DNA from: an uncultured Candidatus Actinomarina sp.
GTDB lineage: Bacteria > Actinomycetota > Acidimicrobiia > Actinomarinales > Actinomarinaceae
Direction: 5' to 3'
Assembly: GCA_902565645.1 (NCBI GenBank)
Contig: CACFFJ010000003.1
Span: 41,969 to 105,968 of the forward strand
DNA length: 64,000 nt
Every line of letters begins with the position of its first letter. The first letter of the stretch is position 1. The position numbers and the translations under genes were made by a program. This document shows, piece by piece, positions 46,758-54,243 of this stretch. The notes beneath the pieces are model-generated. The model saw nothing but the letters and a program-made list of their open reading frames with translations, was not told where the DNA came from and made no database searches.

Positions 46758-47709
46758 ATGAATCCTCTTCCAAATTTGTTTGAGAGCTTTCTGGGGACTG
46801 AAGAGCTTTTTTAACCGAAGATTTAATCTCATCTTTAACCTCAGATTCAATCTTTTCTAAATCAGTTTTTTTAATATTCTCTTCCAGTAATTTACTAGTA
46901 AATCTAATCAAAGGATCTTTTTCTTCTTTCCAAAAATTAATTTCATCATCTGTTCTGTATAAATTCCTATCAGATTTTGAGTGACCCCTGTATCTGTAGG
47001 TAACACATTCAATAAATCGAGGTTTGCAATTTGATATTATCTCTTTTTTATTAGTTAAAACAGATTGATAAACAGCTTCGACATCATTTCCATCAATAGA
47101 GCTGCTTTCAATTCCATATGATTCAGCTCTCTTGACGATCGATCCTCCTGCAATGGCATTTTTAGATGCCATTGACATTCCATATTGATTGTTTTCGCAT
47201 AAGAACAATACAGGTAGTTGCCATAATGATGCTAAATTTAATGCTTCATGAAAAGACCCTTCATTTACTGCTCCATCTCCAAAAAAACATAGCACTATGT
47301 TGTCTTTTTTTTGCATCTTTAGTGACTGAGCTGCTCCTACCGCAATTGTTAAGCTCCCAGCAACAACTCCATTAGCTCCAAGGTTGCCATTAGAAAGATC
47401 TGCAATATGCATTGATCCACCTCTTCCTCTGCAATAACCATCTTCTCTACCAAGAAGTTCTGCAAACATCCGGAAAGGTTCTGCTCCTTTTGCTAAGCAG
47501 TGACCATGCCCTCTATGGGTTGAGGTTATTAAATCTTCTTTATCTAGAGCTAAGCATGCGCCCGTTGCTGTTGCCTCTTGACCAATAGATAGATGCATTG
47601 TGCCATGTAAAATGCCTCTGGAAAACATTTCTTCTAAAGATTCTTCAAATAATCGAATGAGTAGCATCATTCTAAAAAGTTCTAATTTTCTATTTTTATC
47701 CAGATCCAT
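46750..47709 (-). CDS. TPP-dependent 2-oxoacid/acetoin dehydrogenase E1 component, alpha subunit
   Basis: 319 aa with HLSIGQEA, STHRGHGH and the TPP motif FFGDGAVNEGSFHEALN...LCENNQYGMS. Confidence 0.85.
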   Translation of the reverse strand: MDLDKNRKLELFRMMLLIRLFEESLEEMFSRGILHGTMHLSIGQEATATGACLALDKEDLITSTHRGHGHCLAKGAEPFRMFAELLGREDGYCRGRGGSMHIADLSNGNLGANGVVAGSLTIAVGAAQSLKMQKKDNIVLCFFGDGAVNEGSFHEALNLASLWQLPVLFLCENNQYGMSMASKNAIAGGSIVKRAESYGIESSSIDGNDVEAVYQSVLTNKKEIISNCKPRFIECVTYRYRGHSKSDRNLYRTDDEINFWKEEKDPLIRFTSKLLEENIKKTDLEKIESEVKDEIKSSVKKALQSPESSQTNLEEDSYA

Positions 47710-47713
47710 ATCT

Positions 47714-48964
47714 TTAGTTTTTTTGCTTTTTTCTTAAATCATTAATTAAATTATCAGGAAGTTCAATACTGTCGATTGATATAGGGTCACCTTCTTTAAT
47801 TGGTTTTGTAATCTCTCCTCCTTCAAGCAAGCCTAATGGGACTAAACCATCAGCATCAGATAAAGGATATGCTACACCGTAAGATGAAAACCCTCCTATT
47901 CCGTCAACAGTTTCTCCTGGTTCTAAATCTTTTTTGGCATGTCCAACTACTTCTGAAATCCAGGTTTTAGGTTGTAATCCAGATTCGTTATTTATAATAG
48001 CCATACCCACACTCCTTGGAGCCTCAACGGAAGCAAGGTGATAAGGCCTATATAGTGTGTAGTAAGGGCCTTCTCCCATTGAAAGGTACTCCATTTCTTC
48101 AATAACAGTTTGACTATCACTTTTAACAATAGAGAAAACACCCGGTGCAGGCCCAAATGCAAAGTCAACTCTGCCTGATTCACTAAGTACTCCTCCATCT
48201 TCTTTTGGGATTAATGTTTTGTTTAAGTCTTGCACTTCACTTACAGGACCATTCATTCCTACTTTATCTAAAGGAAGACCTATTCCGTTCGAAAGGGATG
48301 TCATTTCAATCATTGTCTTACTACCATCAACAAAACTTGCTAACATCTTTGGATTCATTTTTTTCTTTTTTGCCTCACTACTTAAAGAATCTGGTGTTGC
48401 TTTTTGATCCAAAGGATTATTCTTTCCCTTTCCAACACAAACAACTTCAAAGCCTGTATCAATAGAAAAATCATAGAGCTCTTTACATACAACTGGCTCA
48501 TCACCATTGGCCACACTATATATAACATTTTTCTCTTTTGATAATTGTGTTAAATATAATCCCACTGTTACGTCTGTTTCAACATTAAGCATCAATACAT
48601 GCTTGCCAGCTGTTAGACAAGAATATGCAACCTCTGCCCCAACCCAGGGCACTCCTGTAGCCTCATAGACTATATCTATTGGGAGCTCAGCCAAAGCATT
48701 GACATCTGATACCACTCCACCATTTCCTTTTTCAATTGAAGAGCTTGCTTCATTGTCGTAACCAATAGAATTCATTCCAGATAAAGTTAGTGCTTTCTCT
48801 GCTCTGTTTTTATCAATGTCTGCACAAGCAACCAAATCCATTCCTTGAATTTTTCCTATTTGTGCAGCTAAACCAGTACCCATTTGACCAGCGCCTACTA
48901 AACCAACCCTTACAGGTCTACCTAAATCTTTCTCTCTTTCAAGTAATGCTTCTGTTAAATTCAT
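47714..48964 (-). CDS. NAD(P)-dependent oxidoreductase with a C-terminal SAF-like domain (homoserine-dehydrogenase-like fold family)
   Basis: 416 aa with the Rossmann motif RVGLVGAGQMGTGL. The C-terminal ...GEITKPIKEGDPISIDSIELP is a SAF-like beta-clip. It resembles proteins commonly annotated as predicted homoserine dehydrogenase / SAF domain oxidoreductase. Confidence 0.65.
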   Translation of the reverse strand: MNLTEALLEREKDLGRPVRVGLVGAGQMGTGLAAQIGKIQGMDLVACADIDKNRAEKALTLSGMNSIGYDNEASSSIEKGNGGVVSDVNALAELPIDIVYEATGVPWVGAEVAYSCLTAGKHVLMLNVETDVTVGLYLTQLSKEKNVIYSVANGDEPVVCKELYDFSIDTGFEVVCVGKGKNNPLDQKATPDSLSSEAKKKKMNPKMLASFVDGSKTMIEMTSLSNGIGLPLDKVGMNGPVSEVQDLNKTLIPKEDGGVLSESGRVDFAFGPAPGVFSIVKSDSQTVIEEMEYLSMGEGPYYTLYRPYHLASVEAPRSVGMAIINNESGLQPKTWISEVVGHAKKDLEPGETVDGIGGFSSYGVAYPLSDADGLVPLGLLEGGEITKPIKEGDPISIDSIELPDNLINDLRKKQKN

Positions 48965-49320
48965 TAGAAAATATTTATTGTGTCGCCCAAAACTATTTCA
49001 GGTATTTTTGAATATGAACAACTAACGTCTCCTGGTAAAGCAGCTTCTTGAGCCGAGTCTAGTTTTAACACAAGGTGGCCAAGATTTTTAAAATTTTCAT
49101 TTGCTACTTCACCAATTGCTGTGACTTTTAAAGTTTCTCCTGATAACTCGATTGTTGTACCAACAACAATCTCACCATTAACAGGGTTAAGTTTATGAAC
49201 AACTGCAACATCCTGTAATTCTTCAGGTGCATTATCTCCAAAAAAAACAACTATACCTTCTGCCAAAAAAAGCCCTGATTGTTCCCCTAATCTAACTATT
49301 TTGGAGGAATATATTGACAT
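48964..49320 (-). CDS. srlB: PTS EIIA component, glucitol/sorbitol family
   Basis: 118 aa. ...VTAIGEVANENFKNLGHLVLKLD...PGDV parallels E. coli SrlB as I recall it (VTAVGSVAEDNLRELGHVTLRFDG...PGTV). Confidence 0.8.
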   Translation of the reverse strand: MSIYSSKIVRLGEQSGLFLAEGIVVFFGDNAPEELQDVAVVHKLNPVNGEIVVGTTIELSGETLKVTAIGEVANENFKNLGHLVLKLDSAQEAALPGDVSCSYSKIPEIVLGDTINIF

Positions 49321-49698
49321 TTAGGCTTCTGTTATTTGATCCTCAGAAACTCCTGATACGAAATTCTCTTCTTTAATAAATTGTGCAAGAGGGCCAGCAG
49401 GTGTGGTGTCATGTATGTCAATTGTTGGAACTCCCTTCATTGGATAAACACCAATTCTTGCAGTTCCTCCACAGTCAATGACTGCGCAAGCCATTGCTTT
49501 AAAACTTCCTTCTGGTGATGATTTAAAACCATCAAATGCTTCTGCCCCAGTCATGTCAGCAATTTTTTGTGCTACTGGGTGAATCCCTCCACCAGTAATG
49601 CATACAATATATTTTTTTTCAGCATCAGGTGCTACCTCTAAAGGGCCACCCCAGCCACTTGGGCCGGCTTCTACTTTTACTTTTTTATACTCTGCCAT
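49321..49698 (-). CDS. PTS EIIB domain, glucitol/sorbitol family (equivalent to the SrlE N-terminal domain) as a separate protein
   Basis: 125 aa with SGWGGPLEV, YIVCITGGG, VIDCGGTARIGVYP and GPLAQFI, matching the SrlE N-domain as recalled. An SD (AAGGAG) lies upstream. Confidence 0.8.
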   Translation of the reverse strand: MAEYKKVKVEAGPSGWGGPLEVAPDAEKKYIVCITGGGIHPVAQKIADMTGAEAFDGFKSSPEGSFKAMACAVIDCGGTARIGVYPMKGVPTIDIHDTTPAGPLAQFIKEENFVSGVSEDQITEA

Positions 49699-49714
49699 TT
49701 TGCTCCTTAAATAT

Positions 49715-49748
49715 TTGTAACGCTCTGATTTTACACAGAGCGTTACAA
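49715..49748 (-). promoter_or_regulatory. perfect 13-bp-stem intercistronic hairpin between the EIIC-half and EIIB genes
   Basis: ttgtaacgctctg-attttaca-cagagcgttacaa. On the minus-strand RNA it is followed by AUAUUUAAGGAGCAAAAUG, so the U tract is weak and the hairpin sits immediately before the SD. Confidence 0.5.
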
Positions 49749-49771
49749 TTTATAAAATTGTTTAACTAAAT

Positions 49772-50296
49772 TTACAAACCTAGTGCAAACAAATAACCAA
49801 CAACGACTGATATTGGTCCAGTTATCATTCTACTTGTAAGAACTGCTGGAACTCCAACCTCTACAGTCTCAGGTTCGGCTTCACCTAAAGCTAAGCCAAC
49901 GGGAACGAAATCGCACCCAACCTGGGGGTTAATTGCAAACAATGCAGGTAGTGCCATAGAAACATCAATATTTCCACGACCAATTTCTGTACCAACTAAG
50001 ACTCCAACAATTTGTGCTATAACAGCACCGGGTCCTAATAGTGGTGACAGAATAGGTATTGCACAAATGATACATACGATCATTAGTCCACCTAAGCTAC
50101 TTGCAAACCCTTTTATACCATTAGCGATAAGATCGCCAACACCTGTTTCTAATATTAATCCAATAACAAAAGTCACAAATGCCATAAAAGGAATGATTGT
50201 CTTAAGACATAGATCAACAGCGTCTCGACCTGCTTGAAACAATGTTCCAACAACTCCACCTACTGACCTACCTATACGTTCTATTAAAGCTTGCAT
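49772..50296 (-). CDS. PTS EIIC membrane domain, glucitol/sorbitol family (equivalent to the SrlE C-terminal half)
   Basis: LFQAGRDAVDLCLKTIIPFMAF, LSPLLGPGAVIAQIVGVL and ALFAINPQVGCDFVPVGL parallel the SrlE C-half. I set the start at the ATG at 50296 (TAATG overlap with the srlA stop), not the ORF-track start at 50326. Confidence 0.8.
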   Translation of the reverse strand: MQALIERIGRSVGGVVGTLFQAGRDAVDLCLKTIIPFMAFVTFVIGLILETGVGDLIANGIKGFASSLGGLMIVCIICAIPILSPLLGPGAVIAQIVGVLVGTEIGRGNIDVSMALPALFAINPQVGCDFVPVGLALGEAEPETVEVGVPAVLTSRMITGPISVVVGYLFALGL

Positions 50297-50841
50297 TATG
50301 CTGCACCTCCTTGGCGTGATTTCCACATCATGCTAAAGATAATGTCTGTCACAATACCTCTGATCAAGATAACAACTAAGCCTGCAAGAAGGTATCTCAC
50401 TGCTAAAGCTGTCACCATGTCTGGTGCAACCATTTCAACGCCAGCCGCAATTCCAAGCCAGACAAATAATTCACCACCGTTTGCATGTGGGAATATTCCT
50501 GTGATTGGATGCACAAAGCTAACAGCTGCATCATAGAACGCTGGTTTGTTTTTTTCTGGTAAGAATGTACCAAATGTATAGCAAACAGGGTTAGTAAGCA
50601 TAAATACTGCTACAAAAGCTAGCAAGGTATATCGGACTGGAACATACATCCATCCTTCTTGCGATGCCCATTTAGCAAAGCCTTCAACCCTTTCTTCACC
50701 TATGAATTTAACGACAGCATTAACTGCTGTTAAAAACACAACTACAATTGGGATAATACCTGTGGTGAACCCTACAAAAACATCTGCAGCGGTTCTAAAC
50801 ACTTGTATAAACGCTTCGGCACCAGCCACTAAAGCATCCAT
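50296..50841 (-). CDS. srlA: PTS EIIC component, glucitol/sorbitol family (SrlA-like)
   Basis: 181 aa. FLPEKNKPAFYDAA...GIFPHANGGELFVWLGIAAG parallels E. coli SrlA (FMPEKYKPSYYAAA...[20 protein letters not shown], as recalled). Confidence 0.85.
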   Translation of the reverse strand: MDALVAGAEAFIQVFRTAADVFVGFTTGIIPIVVVFLTAVNAVVKFIGEERVEGFAKWASQEGWMYVPVRYTLLAFVAVFMLTNPVCYTFGTFLPEKNKPAFYDAAVSFVHPITGIFPHANGGELFVWLGIAAGVEMVAPDMVTALAVRYLLAGLVVILIRGIVTDIIFSMMWKSRQGGAA

Positions 50842-50855
50842 AGTTTATCCTTTCT

Positions 50856-51236
50856 CTATTTTGCTGAACTACTCTGTTTCTCGCTATTAATCTTTTTAAT
50901 TAAAGCATCAGCAGCCATTTTTGCTGCTTCATAGAGTGGTTCTTCTTTATCTGAATCTTTTATTTCAGATAAAGTTTTTCCAATAATTGTTGATTCTTTT
51001 TTACCTTTAGCAAAGACAGTTGTCCCCTCTAAGGTAACTGCATCAATGATTACGGAATTAAAATTGGCAGATACTGCTACATAAACTTTTTTTCTGCCCC
51101 ATTTTGGTTGATTTACACCTATAGCAACAATTAATCCAGGACCCTTAAGCTCATTAACAATGTTTAAGAAGCTGGTTGCTTGTGCTTTTGCCATCCGCAT
51201 TTGAAGCACCCACATAAATGCGAGTCCTAAAAACAA
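50856..51236 (-). CDS. gutM: GutM-like glucitol operon activator
   Basis: 126 aa with an N-terminal TM helix, then ...RKKVYVAVSANFNSVIIDAVTLEGTTVFAKGK, similar to the E. coli GutM core (RVVVAIALDDQQRIVDTLFMKGLTVFARPQ, as recalled). The start (TTG 51236 or ATG 51215) is uncertain. Confidence 0.65.
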   Translation of the reverse strand: MFLGLAFMWVLQMRMAKAQATSFLNIVNELKGPGLIVAIGVNQPKWGRKKVYVAVSANFNSVIIDAVTLEGTTVFAKGKKESTIIGKTLSEIKDSDKEEPLYEAAKMAADALIKKINSEKQSSSAK

Positions 51237-51392
51237 GGCTCCTAAGGCATATGGTGAACTAAATATCTTGTTCTCCCCCCAACAACAAAATGTTATTTAA
51301 TATAATTCTACAAACTTCAAGTAGCCCAAGTCGAGGTATTCCAGAAAAAATAAATACTCTAAGTAACTATTTGTTGATATTTTGGTAGAAAA

Positions 51393-52076
51393 TTAATCTT
51401 CTAATAGCTTCTCTAACTGAAAAACATCTTCCACAAAGGTAACTTTCATATTTCTTGGATCTCCAGGAATAACCATTGCTTCCATTCCTGAATATTTTGA
51501 TACACATTCTGTAGTATCAACAGCTTGCCAATTGTCTAGTTTTGCTAACTCATATGATTTCCATAGCTCACTTGCTGGAAAGACTTGTGGGGTTTGTATT
51601 TCAACAATTGTTTCAATATCAACACTAGACGACTTCTCTTTTTTACTTAGATTCTTGGAGTTGAAACCAGGAGCAGCTGCACCATACTTATTAGCAACAT
51701 TTATTAATTCATTAAGAAGATAATCAGGCAGAAGTGGTCTTGCTCCATCATGAATTAAAATCAAATCTTCTTCTTCAACTTTTTTAGAATCTTTTAGATA
51801 CTTCAAGCCCTCATACTCGCTTTCATGTCTTGAGTTTCCTCCAACAACTACACCTATTAATTTTTTTGGATCAATAAGTTCAATTACGTTATTTGTTTTG
51901 TCCCAATCTTCCTCTCTTATTACAAGAATAATTGAATCAACTAATTCTGATTTTTCCAAAGTTTCAAGAGGCCAACATAAAGCTGGTTTTCTACCAATAG
52001 GAAAATAAACTTTGTTTTCTTCATCTGAAAATCTGTTACTAGATCCGCCAGCTAATAGGATTGCGTGGGTTTTCAT
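51393..52076 (-). CDS. IspD/TarI-family sugar-alcohol-phosphate cytidylyltransferase
   Basis: 227 aa with ILLAGGSSNRF, IHDGARPL and IQTPQVF. I cannot separate IspD (MEP) from ribitol-5-P or another CDP-alditol enzyme by eye. There is an ATGA overlap with ptsI. Confidence 0.8.
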   Translation of the reverse strand: MKTHAILLAGGSSNRFSDEENKVYFPIGRKPALCWPLETLEKSELVDSIILVIREEDWDKTNNVIELIDPKKLIGVVVGGNSRHESEYEGLKYLKDSKKVEEEDLILIHDGARPLLPDYLLNELINVANKYGAAAPGFNSKNLSKKEKSSSVDIETIVEIQTPQVFPASELWKSYELAKLDNWQAVDTTECVSKYSGMEAMVIPGDPRNMKVTFVEDVFQLEKLLED

Positions 52077-53704
52077 AAATTTATTTTATCTAATTTATCT
52101 CTAACTTCACCAGCACTCTGAGAAGATAAGATTTCTTTTCTTAGTTCTTCTATATCCATTGATCTAATTTGATTTACTTTCTGAAATACAAAAGGTGCTG
52201 AAGCAGAAGACATACTAAAAACTCTTAATCCTAAAACATATAATACAGCAGCAGATAAAGCATCTGAAGCCATTTCTCCACATACTGAAACCTCAACATT
52301 ATTTTGATTACTTACATGTATCACATTGTCTATAGCTTTTAATACTGCTGGGTGTAAGGGGTCTTGATACTTTATTAGTTCTGGATTCCCTCTGTCTGCA
52401 GCCATAATGTACTGGGTTAAGTCATTTGTACCTATTGAAAAGAAATCAACATACTTACTAAACTCTTCAACTAATAAAGTAGATGCTGGGGTTTCTATCA
52501 TAATCCCTACTTCTGGTTTATTAACTTTTAACTTCTTTGCAATTTTTTCTACAATCAAATTTGATTCGGTAAAGTCTTCAATGGTTGATATCATTGGAAA
52601 CATTATTTTTATCCTCTCAAGGTCTTCTGAAGTTAAAATTGATTCAATTTGGCTTTCCAATAATTCTTTTTTGTCTAGTGAAAGTCTTATGCCTCTCACA
52701 CCAAGAAAGGGGTTTTCTTCTTGGGGTAAATCTAAGTAAGGAACAATTTTATCACCACCAATGTCTAAAGTTCTATAAACAATCTTTCCTGTAAATTTTT
52801 TTTGTATTTTTTCTAGAATTAATTTTTGATCTTCAACTGTTGGCTTATTTTTTCTATCTAAATATATAAATTCTGACCTGAATAATCCTATTGAATCTAG
52901 AAAAGGGTGCTCAAAGTTTTCTATTTCTTCATTTGATCCTATGTTTACTCTAAACTCTAGATCAGAAGACTCGTATAGCTCTTTTGTGAATTTCTCAATT
53001 ATCTCTTTTTGAAGCCTCTTAGTCTCATTAATACTACTAATTTTCTCTTTATTTGGGTTTATATTGACTTCTCCAATTTCTCCATCTATTGCAAGGGTAT
53101 CTTTTTCTTGAATTTCGTGTATTTCTTGACCAAGGCCAATTACGCAAGGTATACCTAAATTTTTTGCAACAATAACAGCATGGGAAGTTGGTCCACCATC
53201 TTTTAAAATAATTCCTTTCACATAAGACATATTCATTGAAGAGGTGTCAGCAGGAGTAAGATCTGAAGCAACTAATATTGAATCTCCTTCTAATGTGTCT
53301 GAATCCTGAATACCTTGCATTGTTTTTATTAAATGCTTACCAACTGATAATATGTCTTCTGCTCTTTGACTAAAATATTCATCATCCATAGCCCCAAGAA
53401 CTTCTGAATTTGATTTAAATACTTCAAAAACATCCTTTATAGAATTTTCTTTTTTCTCATCTATTGAATCAATAATTTCAGGGTCTTGCATGATTAATAT
53501 ATAAGCACCTAATACATCTGCCTCATCATGTCGTTCACTATCTTTAAACTCATCTATCTGTAAAGTAAATTTATCTATAAGCTTTTTTATAGAATCAGTA
53601 AACGAATTCTTTGCTGAGATAGATAAATCAACTTCATTTTCATAAATAAACACTGGCCCAATAGCAGTACCTATGGAGACGCCATTTCCCTTAACAGTTT
53701 TCAT
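52073..53704 (-). CDS. ptsI: phosphoenolpyruvate-protein phosphotransferase (PTS Enzyme I)
   Basis: 543 aa with the active His in GGPTSHAVIVAKNLGIPCV and a C-terminal PEP-utilising TIM-barrel pattern (IGTNDLTQY). Confidence 0.9.
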   Translation of the reverse strand: MKTVKGNGVSIGTAIGPVFIYENEVDLSISAKNSFTDSIKKLIDKFTLQIDEFKDSERHDEADVLGAYILIMQDPEIIDSIDEKKENSIKDVFEVFKSNSEVLGAMDDEYFSQRAEDILSVGKHLIKTMQGIQDSDTLEGDSILVASDLTPADTSSMNMSYVKGIILKDGGPTSHAVIVAKNLGIPCVIGLGQEIHEIQEKDTLAIDGEIGEVNINPNKEKISSINETKRLQKEIIEKFTKELYESSDLEFRVNIGSNEEIENFEHPFLDSIGLFRSEFIYLDRKNKPTVEDQKLILEKIQKKFTGKIVYRTLDIGGDKIVPYLDLPQEENPFLGVRGIRLSLDKKELLESQIESILTSEDLERIKIMFPMISTIEDFTESNLIVEKIAKKLKVNKPEVGIMIETPASTLLVEEFSKYVDFFSIGTNDLTQYIMAADRGNPELIKYQDPLHPAVLKAIDNVIHVSNQNNVEVSVCGEMASDALSAAVLYVLGLRVFSMSSASAPFVFQKVNQIRSMDIEELRKEILSSQSAGEVRDKLDKINL

Positions 53705-53778
53705 TATTTCATCAAGTTACACAAAAAAAATGTATTTTGCAATGAAGGATTATTTCAAAATCTTATTAATTTAAATAT

Positions 53779-54243
53779 GTGAAGTTTTTATTAATTGATT
53801 TTAGAAACACTCCAACAATAGGGTACGTAAGGTATTCTCCAGAAACAGATTTGGAGTTTGATAAAAGAACAGAATTTTTAAATATCAATAACACAATCAG
53901 AGACTTTAAAGAAGAGGTTTGTATTATTGTTGATGAATATTCTGGAGATGAACCTTTTTTAACAGTTGCTCTTAAAAAATTGTTAGATTCTGATTACAAA
54001 ATAACCACTAAAGATGTAACAAATGCTATTAAAAGAATTGATAACTCAGGAAAGATTAATTCACATTTAGATAGGGAAAAATATGAAAGACTCTCAACCC
54101 CGATTAAAGCTGAAGTTAAATGTATTGAAAAATACTTTAACACTAACTCATCTTGGGATTTTGAAAAATATCTAAGATTAAACAATGTCCAATATAAGGA
54201 TTATCAAAGAGTAGAAGCAGGTTTAATTTTAGAATCAAAGTAG
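53779..54243 (+). CDS. hypothetical protein
   Basis: 154 aa with a GTG start, soluble, no motif recognised. Its 3' end overlaps the convergent EamA gene by 40 nt. Confidence 0.45.
   Translation: MKFLLIDFRNTPTIGYVRYSPETDLEFDKRTEFLNINNTIRDFKEEVCIIVDEYSGDEPFLTVALKKLLDSDYKITTKDVTNAIKRIDNSGKINSHLDREKYERLSTPIKAEVKCIEKYFNTNSSWDFEKYLRLNNVQYKDYQRVEAGLILESK

Noticed and set aside
46758-46850. N-terminal 31-aa extension of the E1 beta ORF (MNLRLKMRLNLRLKK...) overlapping the E1 alpha 3' end by 101 nt.
   Set aside because: Homology to E1 beta begins at MPEMTTGQ. An ATG at 46757 gives the typical ATGCCTGA stop/start coupling, and the extension is repetitive low-complexity sequence.
41402-53704. Higher GC of the PTS membrane genes (roughly 42-47 percent in the few 60-nt lines I counted) as evidence of recent horizontal transfer of the PTS region.
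   Set aside because: Conserved core genes such as dnaB give similar spot counts, while poorly conserved genes (selB, island genes) are far lower. The signal therefore tracks protein conservation and composition, not origin. No flanking repeats or mobility genes are present.
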